64,000 nt of DNA. Origin: an uncultured bacterium. GTDB lineage: Bacteria; Verrucomicrobiota; Verrucomicrobiia; CAIQCK01. The stretch lies in contig CAIQCK010000121.1 in assembly GCA_903870275.1 (NCBI GenBank), positions 192,461 through 256,460 of the forward strand, read 5' to 3'. Below are positions 27,730-36,900 of the stretch, piece by piece (the stretch's first letter is position 1; every line of letters starts with the position of its first letter). Below the pieces are notes generated by a model, which saw only the letters and a program-made list of their open reading frames with translations, did no database searches and was not told where the DNA came from. A program made the position numbers and the translations under genes.

Positions 27730-30700
27730 TCACTTTTCAAACTCGACGATCAGTTCCGGGCCTTTGCCGCTTTCGCGGGCGAAGTAGTTCACGCCGTCGG
27801 TGCTCACGGGGTCAATGGCGAGACTGAGTGTCTTCATGCCGTCGAACGAAAGATGTTTCAGCGGCACTTCGACGATCTGGTTGGAGTTGACGCGGCCGAT
27901 GTTGGCCAGCACCGTGCCGGGGGCGGGGCGGTTGGCGTAGGTGATGTCGTCTTCGCGCCACGGCTCGGTGACGAGGCAGATGTTGCCGCCGTTGACGGAT
28001 TCGTTGCCGGCGTTGATGAGGCGCAGCTTGGCGGAAACTGGTTTGCCGGGAACAGCGAGCGAGAACTTCAGGTAGGCGACCTGGTGGTGATCGTCGCCCA
28101 TCTTCTTGTCGCCGCCGTCCACCAGCAGCACGGGCACTTTGCCGTAGTTGGCGGTGGGCGCGAGCCGGATCACGTGGGCATCGGCAATCGCTTTGAAGAC
28201 CATGCGGTCGCCGCGGCCCAGATAATCCACCGTTATGTCGCGCGCGACCTCGACTGCGCCGTCGCGCCGGAGGAGTTGGACGCGGGCGGTGTATTGCGAC
28301 GACTGCGGTTTTCCGGCGACGGCAAACTTGCACTCGACTTCCGCTTTCTGGCCGACCAGCAGATTGATAGGCGTCTCGGCCGGCGTCACGGTGAAACCTT
28401 TCGGCGCGGCAATCCGCAGCGTGCCGGCGAAGTCACTGTCGGTCTGGTTCGAGAGTTGAAGCGTCGCGGTTTGTTCGGGTTTCGCGTTGTTCAACAAAAC
28501 CGGCGGCACGGTGACGGCCACGCCCAGCATCCGCTCGCGCAACACTTCCACCGTCTGGAGAATGGGCGCCTGCTCCGGCGCGGGCTGGCGCGTTTTTGGC
28601 ACGAACTCAATGAGCAGGCTGTCGTCAACTTCCACGCCGCTGAACTCCTTGACGAGGGCCTTGCGCAGTCCGCCGGCTTCCTTGACGACGTCGAAATCCT
28701 TGAGCGCGACTTTCTTCTGGAGCTTCACATCGAAGACGCGCTGGCCGGGCTTGGCGTCGTCCATCTCCGCGAAGCCGAGGCGGACAGTATAGCGGCCCGT
28801 GCCGTCGCCGGGATTCAGCAGCGGGATGTCGCAGGAAGCGATGCCGCGGCAGCCGAACGTGTAGAGCCACGGGCTGCGCGTGCCCTCGATGCGGACGAAA
28901 TCGGCGCTTTGAGCGAGATATTTGCCGATGCCTGGTTGCAGGGTTATACCGAGTTTGAATTGCAGCACCAAGCTGGGCGTTGCCGGCGCGGGACGCGGGT
29001 AGGCGAGCCAGAGTGTGCCGGCGTCATCGCGGCGGTCGCCCGGCGCGCCGAGGTTCAGGGCGAGATGTTTCACCGGCTTGGTGTCGCCCGCGAGACTGTA
29101 TTTGCCCCATGCGCGGTTTTCCTCGCGCGGCGCGAGCACCGTCGTGCAGACGATCGGGAACGGGCACATGCAACCGGAGCTGGCTTCGGGCATCATGACG
29201 AGGCCGTTGGCGGCGATGAAGTTGATCCAGCAACCGGGCCGCTGGCCGCCAAAGGTGGTCGTGCCGGAGTCGCCGATGAGATCGTAATAGCCGAGGTAGT
29301 AGGAGCGGAACAACATGACGTTGGCGCAGGCCGCCGGCGTGCCGCAGTGATGGCCGGGCCGCGCGAACTGCCACGGCTCGGTGCGGCCGGTGATGGGGTT
29401 GACGCGCGTGCGCTGCTCGCCGGTCTTGAGGTCGAACGCCCACGGCTCGGCGTGGAACGTGTCGCCGATGATGAGCGGGCGGACGCGGTAGGCGATGTTC
29501 TTCGACCAGAGCGGCGAGCCGTCGCTGGCGGCGAGCGCGATCACGCGGCGCTTGTCAAACTGGTTGGCGAAAAATTCCTTCCAGAAATGGCCGTCGGTAT
29601 AGACGCCGAAGAACACCAGCACGCCGTCGTGGACCATGCTGCCGAGCGTGCCCCAATGCGTGCCGCCGACGCAGCCGGTGAGGTCCATTTGTTTATTCCA
29701 GACCGTCCGGCCCGTCGCCAGATCGAGCGCCGTGACGCCGCGCATCGGCGACGGCCGCGCTGGTTTGATCACGCCGGGCGCGGATTTGGGGCCGCCGTCG
29801 GCGAAAAACACGCGGCCTCCGCCGATGGAGATGGTCGCGTCCTGAATGCCGCCGCCATACGTCCAACGGATGCGGCTGGTCGCCGTGTCGAAAGCGAACA
29901 GGATGTCGGAAACATTATTGGTCCGGCTGCCGCTGCCGACGAGGAGGCCGTCGGCGACGGCGACATAGCGCCAGGAGCGCGGCTTGCCGTCGGTGACCTT
30001 CGGCAACGCGTAGGTGGCCTTGATCGCGCCGGTGGCGATGTCGAGGCGCAGGCACTTGTTCGTCGTGGCGACATAGAAACTGCTCTCGTCCGCCGCGAGA
30101 TTGCTGGATTCGTCCGAGGTCCCCGCGCGGATGACGTTGGGAATTTTCCGGTCCCACAGTTTCAGTCCATTGTAAGCGTCGTAGGCGTTGACCGCGTTTT
30201 CGCCCTCAACGAGCATGACGCCGTTGACCGACAGCGGCGCGGCGGCGCGGCGATGCCGGCTGATCATTTGGAGCGGGCCGGGATCGCCGAACCAAAGCAA
30301 ACCGAGCGGGCACTTCACGAGCTTGTCGTCGCCGCAGGTGGTGTTGGCGGCGTCGGCATATTCGTGCGTCCACGCGCCCGCGCCGGGCAACGGCCCGCGT
30401 TTGAGCATGGCCCACGCGCCGTCCGTCTCCGTCACCTCCACGCCGGGAACGCCGCCGCTGGCGAACCACGCCCGCAATCCGGCCGGCGTGAGAGTGGGGA
30501 TGTCGCCCTTCGCCTCGGCGGGCTGGCCGAGCATGGCGACGCCGCCGCACGGTTTGAGGACGCGGAGGATTTCCTTCGCGGAACAATCGTTGAGCCGGCC
30601 GAGCAACGCGGTTTCGGAGACGATGAGGTTGGCAAAATAGGACGCATACGGCAGGTGATCCAGCGCGCCCTGGTCTACGGTGACGCGCGTGCCGTAAACA

Positions 30701-32574
30701 CCCGCGGCGTCGAGCGCCTTCCGCGCAGCGGCGACTTTTTGCGCGTCGGGCTCAATGCCGATGATCCTCAGCTCCGTGTGTTTGGCGAGTTCCAGCGCGA
30801 GCCGGCCGGTCTCGCAACCGAGCACGAGACAGAAACCGCGTTTGACGCCCGATTCGCGCGCGATGGTCCTCGCGCCGGCGGCGCAGACGGCGGTGATCCT
30901 GTCCTGCGGATAAGGCGACGTGTTCGTGGGCTCGGCGACGGCCACGGCGGGCTTGACCGCGCCCGGCGCGAAACAATAAATCGCCCCGGTGTCCGTGCTC
31001 ACGTAGAGCCGGCCGCCGGCGACGGTGAGACCCTTGGCTTTGCCGCTGACCTTCGCTTCCCAGAGTTTGATGCCGGTGTCCGCGTTGACGGCCATCACGT
31101 GGCTTGGGCCGCCGGCAAACAAAACCTCGCCCGCGAGAATCAGCGCGTCGGAGCAGTCGCACGGCAGGCGCCATTTCACGCACGACTTCATCTCCGCGTC
31201 GGCCTGCGCCAACTGTTTATCCATGCCTTGCAGCCGCTTCTCGACGCCGTCCAGTTTTTTGTTCACCTCGTTGAGCTTGGCTTCGTCCTCCTTCAGCATC
31301 TTCCCGGTTTCGTCCCGCGTGGCTTCGAGCGCGGCGCGCTGCGGATCGTCCGCCGGCAGCGAGGCGAGCTTGGCGTTGACGCTGGCCAGGGATGACTGCG
31401 CATGCGCGATCAGAATGGTCAGGCGCTTCTGGTCCTTGCGCGATGTGCCTGACTCGGCGTTGAGCGCGACGCGCTGGGTGTGGAGGTGGAACCGCAGGAC
31501 GCTGGCCTGCGGATAAATCTCCCGCTTCAACGCCATCACCGCGTTGCTGGTGCTCAGGTAGGCAAGGCCCTCGGTCATGATGACCTTGCGCGCGGCGAAC
31601 CACGCCGCCTCCACCCGGGTGGCGCTGTCGTAGCCGATGATCTCCTCGGTGCCGGTGTAGAGCTGGTTGTCGGCCAGCAACGCAAAGGTGCCGCCGATGG
31701 GCTTGTTGCCAAAAGTGGCCGCGAAGGTCGGACCTTTGATCTTGGGGTTGGCCGGGGCGGACAACGCGACCTCATACAGGCGGTGGCCGTCCTGCCGGTC
31801 GAACGCCGAGGGCGAAACGCGGCCTTGCGGGACGAACAGATTGGTGTTGCTGGCGAGCAGGTAGCCTTGCGGCGACATGCGGCCCTCGGTGGACTCGCCG
31901 CCCGTGTCGTTGCGCCAGAGCAACTGCCCGTCGCTGGCGCGCGCCGCCTCCACATACACGCCCTCCGCCGGAAAAATCCCCGCCCCGTAATACGCCACCC
32001 CGCCGTCCACCAGCACGCCCGTCCGCACCGGCCACATGGATATCATCCGGCCGTGGCCGAGCAACCGTTGATCGCCCGGACCGGGGCGGCGCTGCCAGAT
32101 CACCCTGCCGTCGCTGGCGGCGAGGCAATACACCTGGCCGTCGTCGGAGCCGACATACACGCGGTCGTCGCACACCGTCGGCGCGAGCCGCACCGGGCCG
32201 CCGGTGAAAAACGTCCACCGCACCCGCCCGCTCGCCGCGTCGAGGCAATACACCTTGTTGTCCGCCGACGAGCCGAAGTAGAGCGCGCCGCCCGCGACCA
32301 CCGTGTGGAAGGCGTCGTCGAACCGCACCCGCGGCAATTCCAGAAAACCCTCCACCGGCACGTCGCGCGGCGGTTCCCACGCCGGCGCGGGCGCCTGGCG
32401 TGAGCGGTAAACCCACGACTCCGCGAGCGGCGTGGCGAGCTTCTCCGGCGAGATGCCGCTGCGGGCCATGTCGTGCCGGTAGGTGGGCCAGTCATCGGCG
32501 CTAGCTGCGGCCAGGGCGGCGGCGGCAAGGACCAGGACAACCGGCGTTCGTAACCGCAAAGGCAACCGTTTCAT
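27730..32574 (-). CDS. Paralog P3 (1614 aa). Secreted protein with a permuted architecture: PQQ-like beta-propeller, coiled coil, degenerate MTase-fold domain, second beta-propeller region, and a C-terminal CBM96/DNRLRE-like beta-sandwich.
   Basis: The start MKRLPLRLRTPVVLVLAAAALAAASA precedes 'DDWPTYRHDMARSGIS', which is the same junction motif as in P1, P2 and P4. Blades read 'RVRWTFFTGGPVRLAPTVCDDRVYVGSDDGQVYCLAASDGRVIWQ'. The coiled coil is 'LEATRDETGKMLKEDEAKLNEVNKKLDGVEKRLQGMDKQLAQADAEMK'. The MTase-fold is 'FCLVLGCETGRLAL...LPYASYFANLIVSE'. The C-terminus is 'DAHVIRLAPTANYGKVPVLLVDGG...VAYLKFSL...AKLRLINAG...ICLVTEPWREDDITYANRP'. Confidence 0.8.
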   Translation of the reverse strand: MKRLPLRLRTPVVLVLAAAALAAASADDWPTYRHDMARSGISPEKLATPLAESWVYRSRQAPAPAWEPPRDVPVEGFLELPRVRFDDAFHTVVAGGALYFGSSADNKVYCLDAASGRVRWTFFTGGPVRLAPTVCDDRVYVGSDDGQVYCLAASDGRVIWQRRPGPGDQRLLGHGRMISMWPVRTGVLVDGGVAYYGAGIFPAEGVYVEAARASDGQLLWRNDTGGESTEGRMSPQGYLLASNTNLFVPQGRVSPSAFDRQDGHRLYEVALSAPANPKIKGPTFAATFGNKPIGGTFALLADNQLYTGTEEIIGYDSATRVEAAWFAARKVIMTEGLAYLSTSNAVMALKREIYPQASVLRFHLHTQRVALNAESGTSRKDQKRLTILIAHAQSSLASVNAKLASLPADDPQRAALEATRDETGKMLKEDEAKLNEVNKKLDGVEKRLQGMDKQLAQADAEMKSCVKWRLPCDCSDALILAGEVLFAGGPSHVMAVNADTGIKLWEAKVSGKAKGLTVAGGRLYVSTDTGAIYCFAPGAVKPAVAVAEPTNTSPYPQDRITAVCAAGARTIARESGVKRGFCLVLGCETGRLALELAKHTELRIIGIEPDAQKVAAARKALDAAGVYGTRVTVDQGALDHLPYASYFANLIVSETALLGRLNDCSAKEILRVLKPCGGVAMLGQPAEAKGDIPTLTPAGLRAWFASGGVPGVEVTETDGAWAMLKRGPLPGAGAWTHEYADAANTTCGDDKLVKCPLGLLWFGDPGPLQMISRHRRAAAPLSVNGVMLVEGENAVNAYDAYNGLKLWDRKIPNVIRAGTSDESSNLAADESSFYVATTNKCLRLDIATGAIKATYALPKVTDGKPRSWRYVAVADGLLVGSGSRTNNVSDILFAFDTATSRIRWTYGGGIQDATISIGGGRVFFADGGPKSAPGVIKPARPSPMRGVTALDLATGRTVWNKQMDLTGCVGGTHWGTLGSMVHDGVLVFFGVYTDGHFWKEFFANQFDKRRVIALAASDGSPLWSKNIAYRVRPLIIGDTFHAEPWAFDLKTGEQRTRVNPITGRTEPWQFARPGHHCGTPAACANVMLFRSYYLGYYDLIGDSGTTTFGGQRPGCWINFIAANGLVMMPEASSGCMCPFPIVCTTVLAPREENRAWGKYSLAGDTKPVKHLALNLGAPGDRRDDAGTLWLAYPRPAPATPSLVLQFKLGITLQPGIGKYLAQSADFVRIEGTRSPWLYTFGCRGIASCDIPLLNPGDGTGRYTVRLGFAEMDDAKPGQRVFDVKLQKKVALKDFDVVKEAGGLRKALVKEFSGVEVDDSLLIEFVPKTRQPAPEQAPILQTVEVLRERMLGVAVTVPPVLLNNAKPEQTATLQLSNQTDSDFAGTLRIAAPKGFTVTPAETPINLLVGQKAEVECKFAVAGKPQSSQYTARVQLLRRDGAVEVARDITVDYLGRGDRMVFKAIADAHVIRLAPTANYGKVPVLLVDGGDKKMGDDHHQVAYLKFSLAVPGKPVSAKLRLINAGNESVNGGNICLVTEPWREDDITYANRPAPGTVLANIGRVNSNQIVEVPLKHLSFDGMKTLSLAIDPVSTDGVNYFARESGKGPELIVEFEK

Positions 32575-32715
32575 ATTCACGACTCCAATACTCCGCCACT
32601 CCATCACTCCAATACTTCACCACTCCACATCGCAGCCCGGCCGGCGATGGCGCCCGCCATGGAGCGTCACATCCATCGTCCGGTATTGTCATCGAGCGTA
32701 GGCAACGCCCGGACC

Positions 32716-32835
32716 GAAGGCGAGGTTGAAATGCCTGTCGCCAAAGCCTGCCGGATTTCAACGCGGAGGCGCAGAGGACGCAGAGGTTCTGCAAGAGCCT
32801 TTGCGCTTCTCGGCGTTCTCTGCGTCTCTGCGGTT
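32716..32835. promoter_or_regulatory. Conserved non-coding element, copy A, upstream of P3 and downstream of the response regulator.
   Basis: It shares its termini with copy B at 37130-37324. Left end: 'gaaggcgaggttgaaatgcc' versus 'gaaggcgaggttgaaatggcc'. Right end: 'gagcctttgcgcttctcggcgttctctgcg' versus 'gagcctttacgtttctccgcgttctctgcg'. Confidence 0.5.
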
Positions 32836-32871
32836 GACTCCGTCTCCATCCGGCTGGCCACGCGCGGTTGC

Positions 32872-33396
32872 TTAGGATTCCGAAAGGGGGATGAACTGCC
32901 GGTTCTCGTGCCACGGTTTGTTCGCCAGCTCCGCGAGCATTTCTTCTGCCAGCGACGTGACAAACTCCGTCGTTGTTGATGCCGCCGCGCCAGCAGCCGC
33001 ATCGCGTTGGTCAAACAGTTCGTCCACCCGCCTCAACAAGTCGGGCAGTTGATTGGTCTTGGAGAAGTAACCATCCGCTCCCACCATGAAACCTTCGACT
33101 CTGTAACTGGCCGGGTCCAGCGCCGACATGATCCAGATCGGCACATGCCCCATGGCCGGGTTGCCCCGAATGGAACGGCAGACTTCCAAGCCCGGCATTT
33201 TCGGCAGCATCAGGTCCAGCACGATCAAGTCCGGGCGGCAACGGGAAGCTTGATCCAGCCCGCTCTCGCCATCGGCGGCGATGACCGTTTCATGTCCTTT
33301 TTGTTGCAGGCGATACTTTAAGATCGCCGCGAAGTCCTGTTCATCCTCGATGATGAGCACCCGCTTCCGTCCCATGTCTTGGCCTAGTCCATTCAT
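32872..33396 (-). CDS. Stand-alone response-regulator receiver domain (CheY-like).
   Basis: 'KRVLIIEDEQDF...PDLIVLDLMLPKMPGLEVCRSIR...PIWIMSALD...GADGYFSKT'. There is no output domain. The start is ambiguous among 33447, 33396 and 33375. Confidence 0.7.
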   Translation of the reverse strand: MNGLGQDMGRKRVLIIEDEQDFAAILKYRLQQKGHETVIAADGESGLDQASRCRPDLIVLDLMLPKMPGLEVCRSIRGNPAMGHVPIWIMSALDPASYRVEGFMVGADGYFSKTNQLPDLLRRVDELFDQRDAAAGAAASTTTEFVTSLAEEMLAELANKPWHENRQFIPLSES

Positions 33397-33447
33397 GCCG
33401 CGAATCAAACACGGATTCGTAACGAGACGGCGGCGTTTGAGTGACAA

Positions 33448-33920
33448 GTGGGTAAAAAGCAGGTAGGGACGGCGCGCTGCGCCGTCCGCGCATGGTTCGC
33501 CGATGACAACAACCTTCGCCCCTACCTTTTCAGCCAGAATCCCAACGGGATTCTAGCACTCAGCCCAGGGTTGCGAGGTTGCGGCAACTTTGGGCTGAGT
33601 GATGTTGCCCCGTTGGGGCAAATGCGGCGACTCGCGGCGTTTGCTGTAGCGGCGGTCTCTGCCCCCGAAAGCTTTCGGGGCTGACCGCCGGATAACTGGG
33701 AGGGGCGACATTCTTGTCGCCCGATGATGATTCGGCGACAGGAATGTCGCCGCTCCCAGTTCATTACGATTTGATTTCGGTGGTAGGGCGCGACCGTCGG
33801 GCGCGCCGCATCGTTGTTTCGGCCGGCCCAGCGGTCCGGCCCTACCTTTCGGCGGTCAGAGACCGCCGCTACAGGGCGCGATCCATCGTTTCAGAAACGA
33901 TCCTCAAAACACGGAGGAAT
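33448..33920. other. Hairpin-dense non-coding spacer between P4 and the response regulator, carrying at least 8 strong palindromes.
   Basis: Hairpins found: 33467-33487 ggacggcgc-gct-gcgccgtcc; 33558-33601 cactcagcccagggttgc/gcaactttgggctgagtg; 33604-33620 ttgcccc-gtt-ggggcaa; 33663-33680 ccccgaaagctttcgggg; a 24-bp inverted repeat at 33698-33721 / 33734-33757 in which each arm is itself a hairpin; 33848-33866 cggcggtc-aga-gaccgccg; 33876-33892 atcgttt-cag-aaacgat. Confidence 0.6.
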
Positions 33921-36900
33921 TTATTCTGACTTGCCGAAGCAGAGGGCCTTGCCGTTTTGCAGGGTGAGAAAGACGTGCTGGCCGGCGAGCGCGAGGCTGT
34001 CATAGACCGGTGGCATTTCCAGCGGATACTCCGCCACGATCCGGCCGTCTTTGGTCGAAAGCAGCGCGAGAAATCCGCTGACGGCGCCGGCGTCGCACAC
34101 GGTTCCCGCCACGACCACTGCGTTGTCGCACAACGACATCGCCTCGGCCTGGTGATTGGCCGGCATCGCCTGCCGCCACGCGTAATCTTCCCGCGCCAGC
34201 TTCCCGGCACCCGCGGTCTTCGCGCGCTCCATGGCGTAGCACGAGCGCGACTTGCTCTCATAGCCAAAGACGGTGTTCCCGTTCCAACAGAAGATTTCCG
34301 CGGTGGCGCGGCCGAACTTTTGCCCGCCGGATCGGCGTGTGCCCATGCGGGTCCACGAGCCGTCCATCAACGCTTCCAGCGGCGCGTCGCGCTCGCCCTT
34401 GGCCGCGACATCGCCCTCGCCGGTCTTGGGGTCGAATTGAAGATGATGGAGTTTGATGCTTCCGTCGCGCGCGACGAGCAGATCGTTTTCGCGGACGGGG
34501 CCGGGACCGACCTCCCTGGCCCAGAGCTGCCGGCCGCTGGCGGGATCGAGCGCGCAGACGGCCAGGCCGCCGTCGGTTTCCGACGAACGGCCGGCCGACG
34601 CGTAGAGCACGCCCTCGTGGACCAGCACCGATCCGGGCACCGGCCAGACGGACTCCATCGCGCCGAACGCCACCATGCGGCGCTCCCAAGGCGCGATGCG
34701 CGCGCGCCACGCCAGTTGGCCGTCGCGGGCGCGAAGCGCGTAAACCCATCCGTCGTGCGAGCCGATCAGGCAGAGGTCGCCGTGGATCGTGGGCGGCGAA
34801 TCGAGCCGCCCGCCCACCGTGGCGCGCCAGAGCGGCTTGCCGGTGGCGGCGTTGAGCGCGACGACTTGAGCGGTGTCCGTGGCGGCTGCGAAAACCATTC
34901 CGTTGGCGACGACGGGCGCGCTGAGGCAGGAGGTGAGCTGCGCCTGCCACGCCGCCGCGAGCGGACCGGTGGGAGGACGAGCGGCTTCGCGCTGCCAGAG
35001 GAGTTTGAGTTTTTCAGGGATCGCGCTCTGGGTGGCGCCGCTGCGTTCGCCGTCGTGGCGGTAGAGGGGCCAGTCTACTGAATTTTGGATTTTAGATTTT
35101 GGATTTTGGATTTCGGAATTAGAAGTTGGGAGTTGGGGGGTGGAATTTTGGATTTGCTTCGCAGGTCTCGCAGACTCGGCTTTGGATTTTAGATTTTGGA
35201 TTTCGGATGTTGGCGATTGGCGATTGGAGATTTGAGATTTGGAATCTGGAATTTGAAATTTCGCACCGAAGGCGGGGCCGGGCTCGATGGGACGCGGCTT
35301 TTCAAATTCGCCGGCCGCGGGCGGGTCGCCGCTGGGGCCGAACGCAACGAAGCCCGGCACCTGGCCCGGCGCGCACCGGCAGAAGTTCTGGCCGGTGAAA
35401 AACATGCCGAGCGCCGGGGTCGCGCCTTCGATGCAAGCGCCGCGGGCCGCGGCATAACTGATATGCGTGGCGCTGCCCTTGAACGTCGCGCCCTCCGGCG
35501 ATGGCGCCAGCTCCAGGTAGGAGCAGCCGCGGCTGGCGGTGACGTAGTTGCCGACGACGGCGGCCGGCGTGCACATCGGCGAGTCCATGGAGACCGGCAA
35601 CAGGCCTTTCACCTCGCCCGTCCTGGGATCGTATTTTTTGCTTTCGTGCCAGAGCAGGCCGTCCACCAGCGGCGTCCAGAATCGGCCGGCCGGTTTGATC
35701 TCCCACAACACCTTGCCGTCGGCGGCGGAGAGGATGGAGATCGTCTTCGCCTTGGGCCGGGCGACGGAGAGCATGCCGAGACCCGCGCAGTTGAGATTCA
35801 TCGGCGTCGCCGGCTCGAACTGCGTGTGCTCGACGCGCCATCGCTCGCGGCCGGTTTGCAAATCCACCGCGACGATCCGCTGGCCGGTCGGCGGGTTGCC
35901 CGATTGCAGCAGCAGATAAACGACGCCGTCGGCGGTGACCATCTCCTGCGCCGGCACCGGCAGGGACCATTTCGCCGCGCCGCTGGCCGCGTCGAAGGCT
36001 TCGATCGCGCCCGCCGCGCCGGTCTTGTTCACCCACGGCGCCCAGATGACGCCGCGCTCGAACTGCTTGAGTTCCTCCTTCGCTTCCCAGCCGGAAGAGA
36101 TCAGCACGTTCTGCGAGAGGAGCAGGCGGACGGTCTGGTATTTCACCGGGCAACTGACCGCGACCGCGCCGCTGGCGGCGTCGAGTCCGACGAGGCGGTC
36201 CTTTTTGTAAACATAAACGCGGCGGTCGTCGGCGACGATGGGGGCGAGGTTGAAGGCGTTGAGGGCCTGGCCGTTGTCGAGCGTCTCGCAGTTCAGTTTC
36301 CAGAGCGGCAGGCCGTTGAACGCGTCGCGCGCGGTGACGTATTGCTCCTGCTTGTGTTTGGCGAACGACGCCGGCGCGAGGTTTTCTAGCTCCGTGGTGC
36401 TGAGCGTGAAACAGCGGCCGTTGGCGATGACCCAGCCGCGGCAGGCGGCCCACATGTTGAAGTTCATCGGCAGCCCGTCCTGCCAGCGGAGGCCGGAGGG
36501 AAACTTCACGACGCGGTCGGCCGAGACGCGGTTGCCGTCGGCGCTGTGCGCCGGTTGCGGCCAGTCGTCCATTTCCGGCGGACGCGGCTTGACCGAGCGG
36601 GTCCATCGGCCGGCCTTGCGGACGCAGATCGCGCCGCCGGGCGCGACGATGCGCTCGACCTCCGCGGTCGTCAGGCCTTGCGCGCTCAGGGCGGGCCAGT
36701 CCTCGATCACCACGAGATTGGCGAGGTCGCGGAGGTAAGGAAGGTGAACTAAAGGCATCTTCTCTACCATCGCTTTTCCGGCGATCCCCCTCGTCTCGAT
36801 GGCTTTGCGCGCGCGATCGAGCGCGGCGTCGTCGAGCGCCAGCCCGTGCACGAGGAGGTTGCTGTCGGCGGCGAGGTCGGCGGTGAGGGCTGGGTTGTTC

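Noticed and set aside
27853-31395. A 1180-aa + strand ORF. There are also other long antisense ORFs at 17425-18471, 21450-22475, 22671-23876, 35302-37008, 38376-40547, 40066-42780, 43748-45013, 45998-47410, 49732-50877, 50729-51958, 52653-54350, 57133-58188, 59231-60307 and 61236-63926.
   Set aside because: Each lies opposite a gene with strong domain evidence and has GC-skewed, Arg/Ala/Gly/His-dominated composition and no motifs. They are high-GC shadow ORFs.
32647-32979. The small + ORFs 32647-32979 and 37037-37231, which share the peptide 'EGEVEM'.
   Set aside because: The shared peptide is explained by the conserved non-coding DNA element. There are no signal or TM features or other protein features. 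The similarity extends at the nucleotide level beyond the ORFs.
33448-33929. Small ORFs in the hairpin-rich spacer (33448-33684 +, 33522-33764 -, 33714-33929 +).
   Set aside because: Their translations are dominated by palindrome-derived Arg/Ala/Gly runs. They overlap one another in different frames. The region is better explained as structured non-coding DNA.
15926-35270. Possibility that the short tandem repeats are CRISPR arrays.
   Set aside because: The units are 7 bp with no spacers and they are in-frame inside coding sequence. There are no cas genes in the window.
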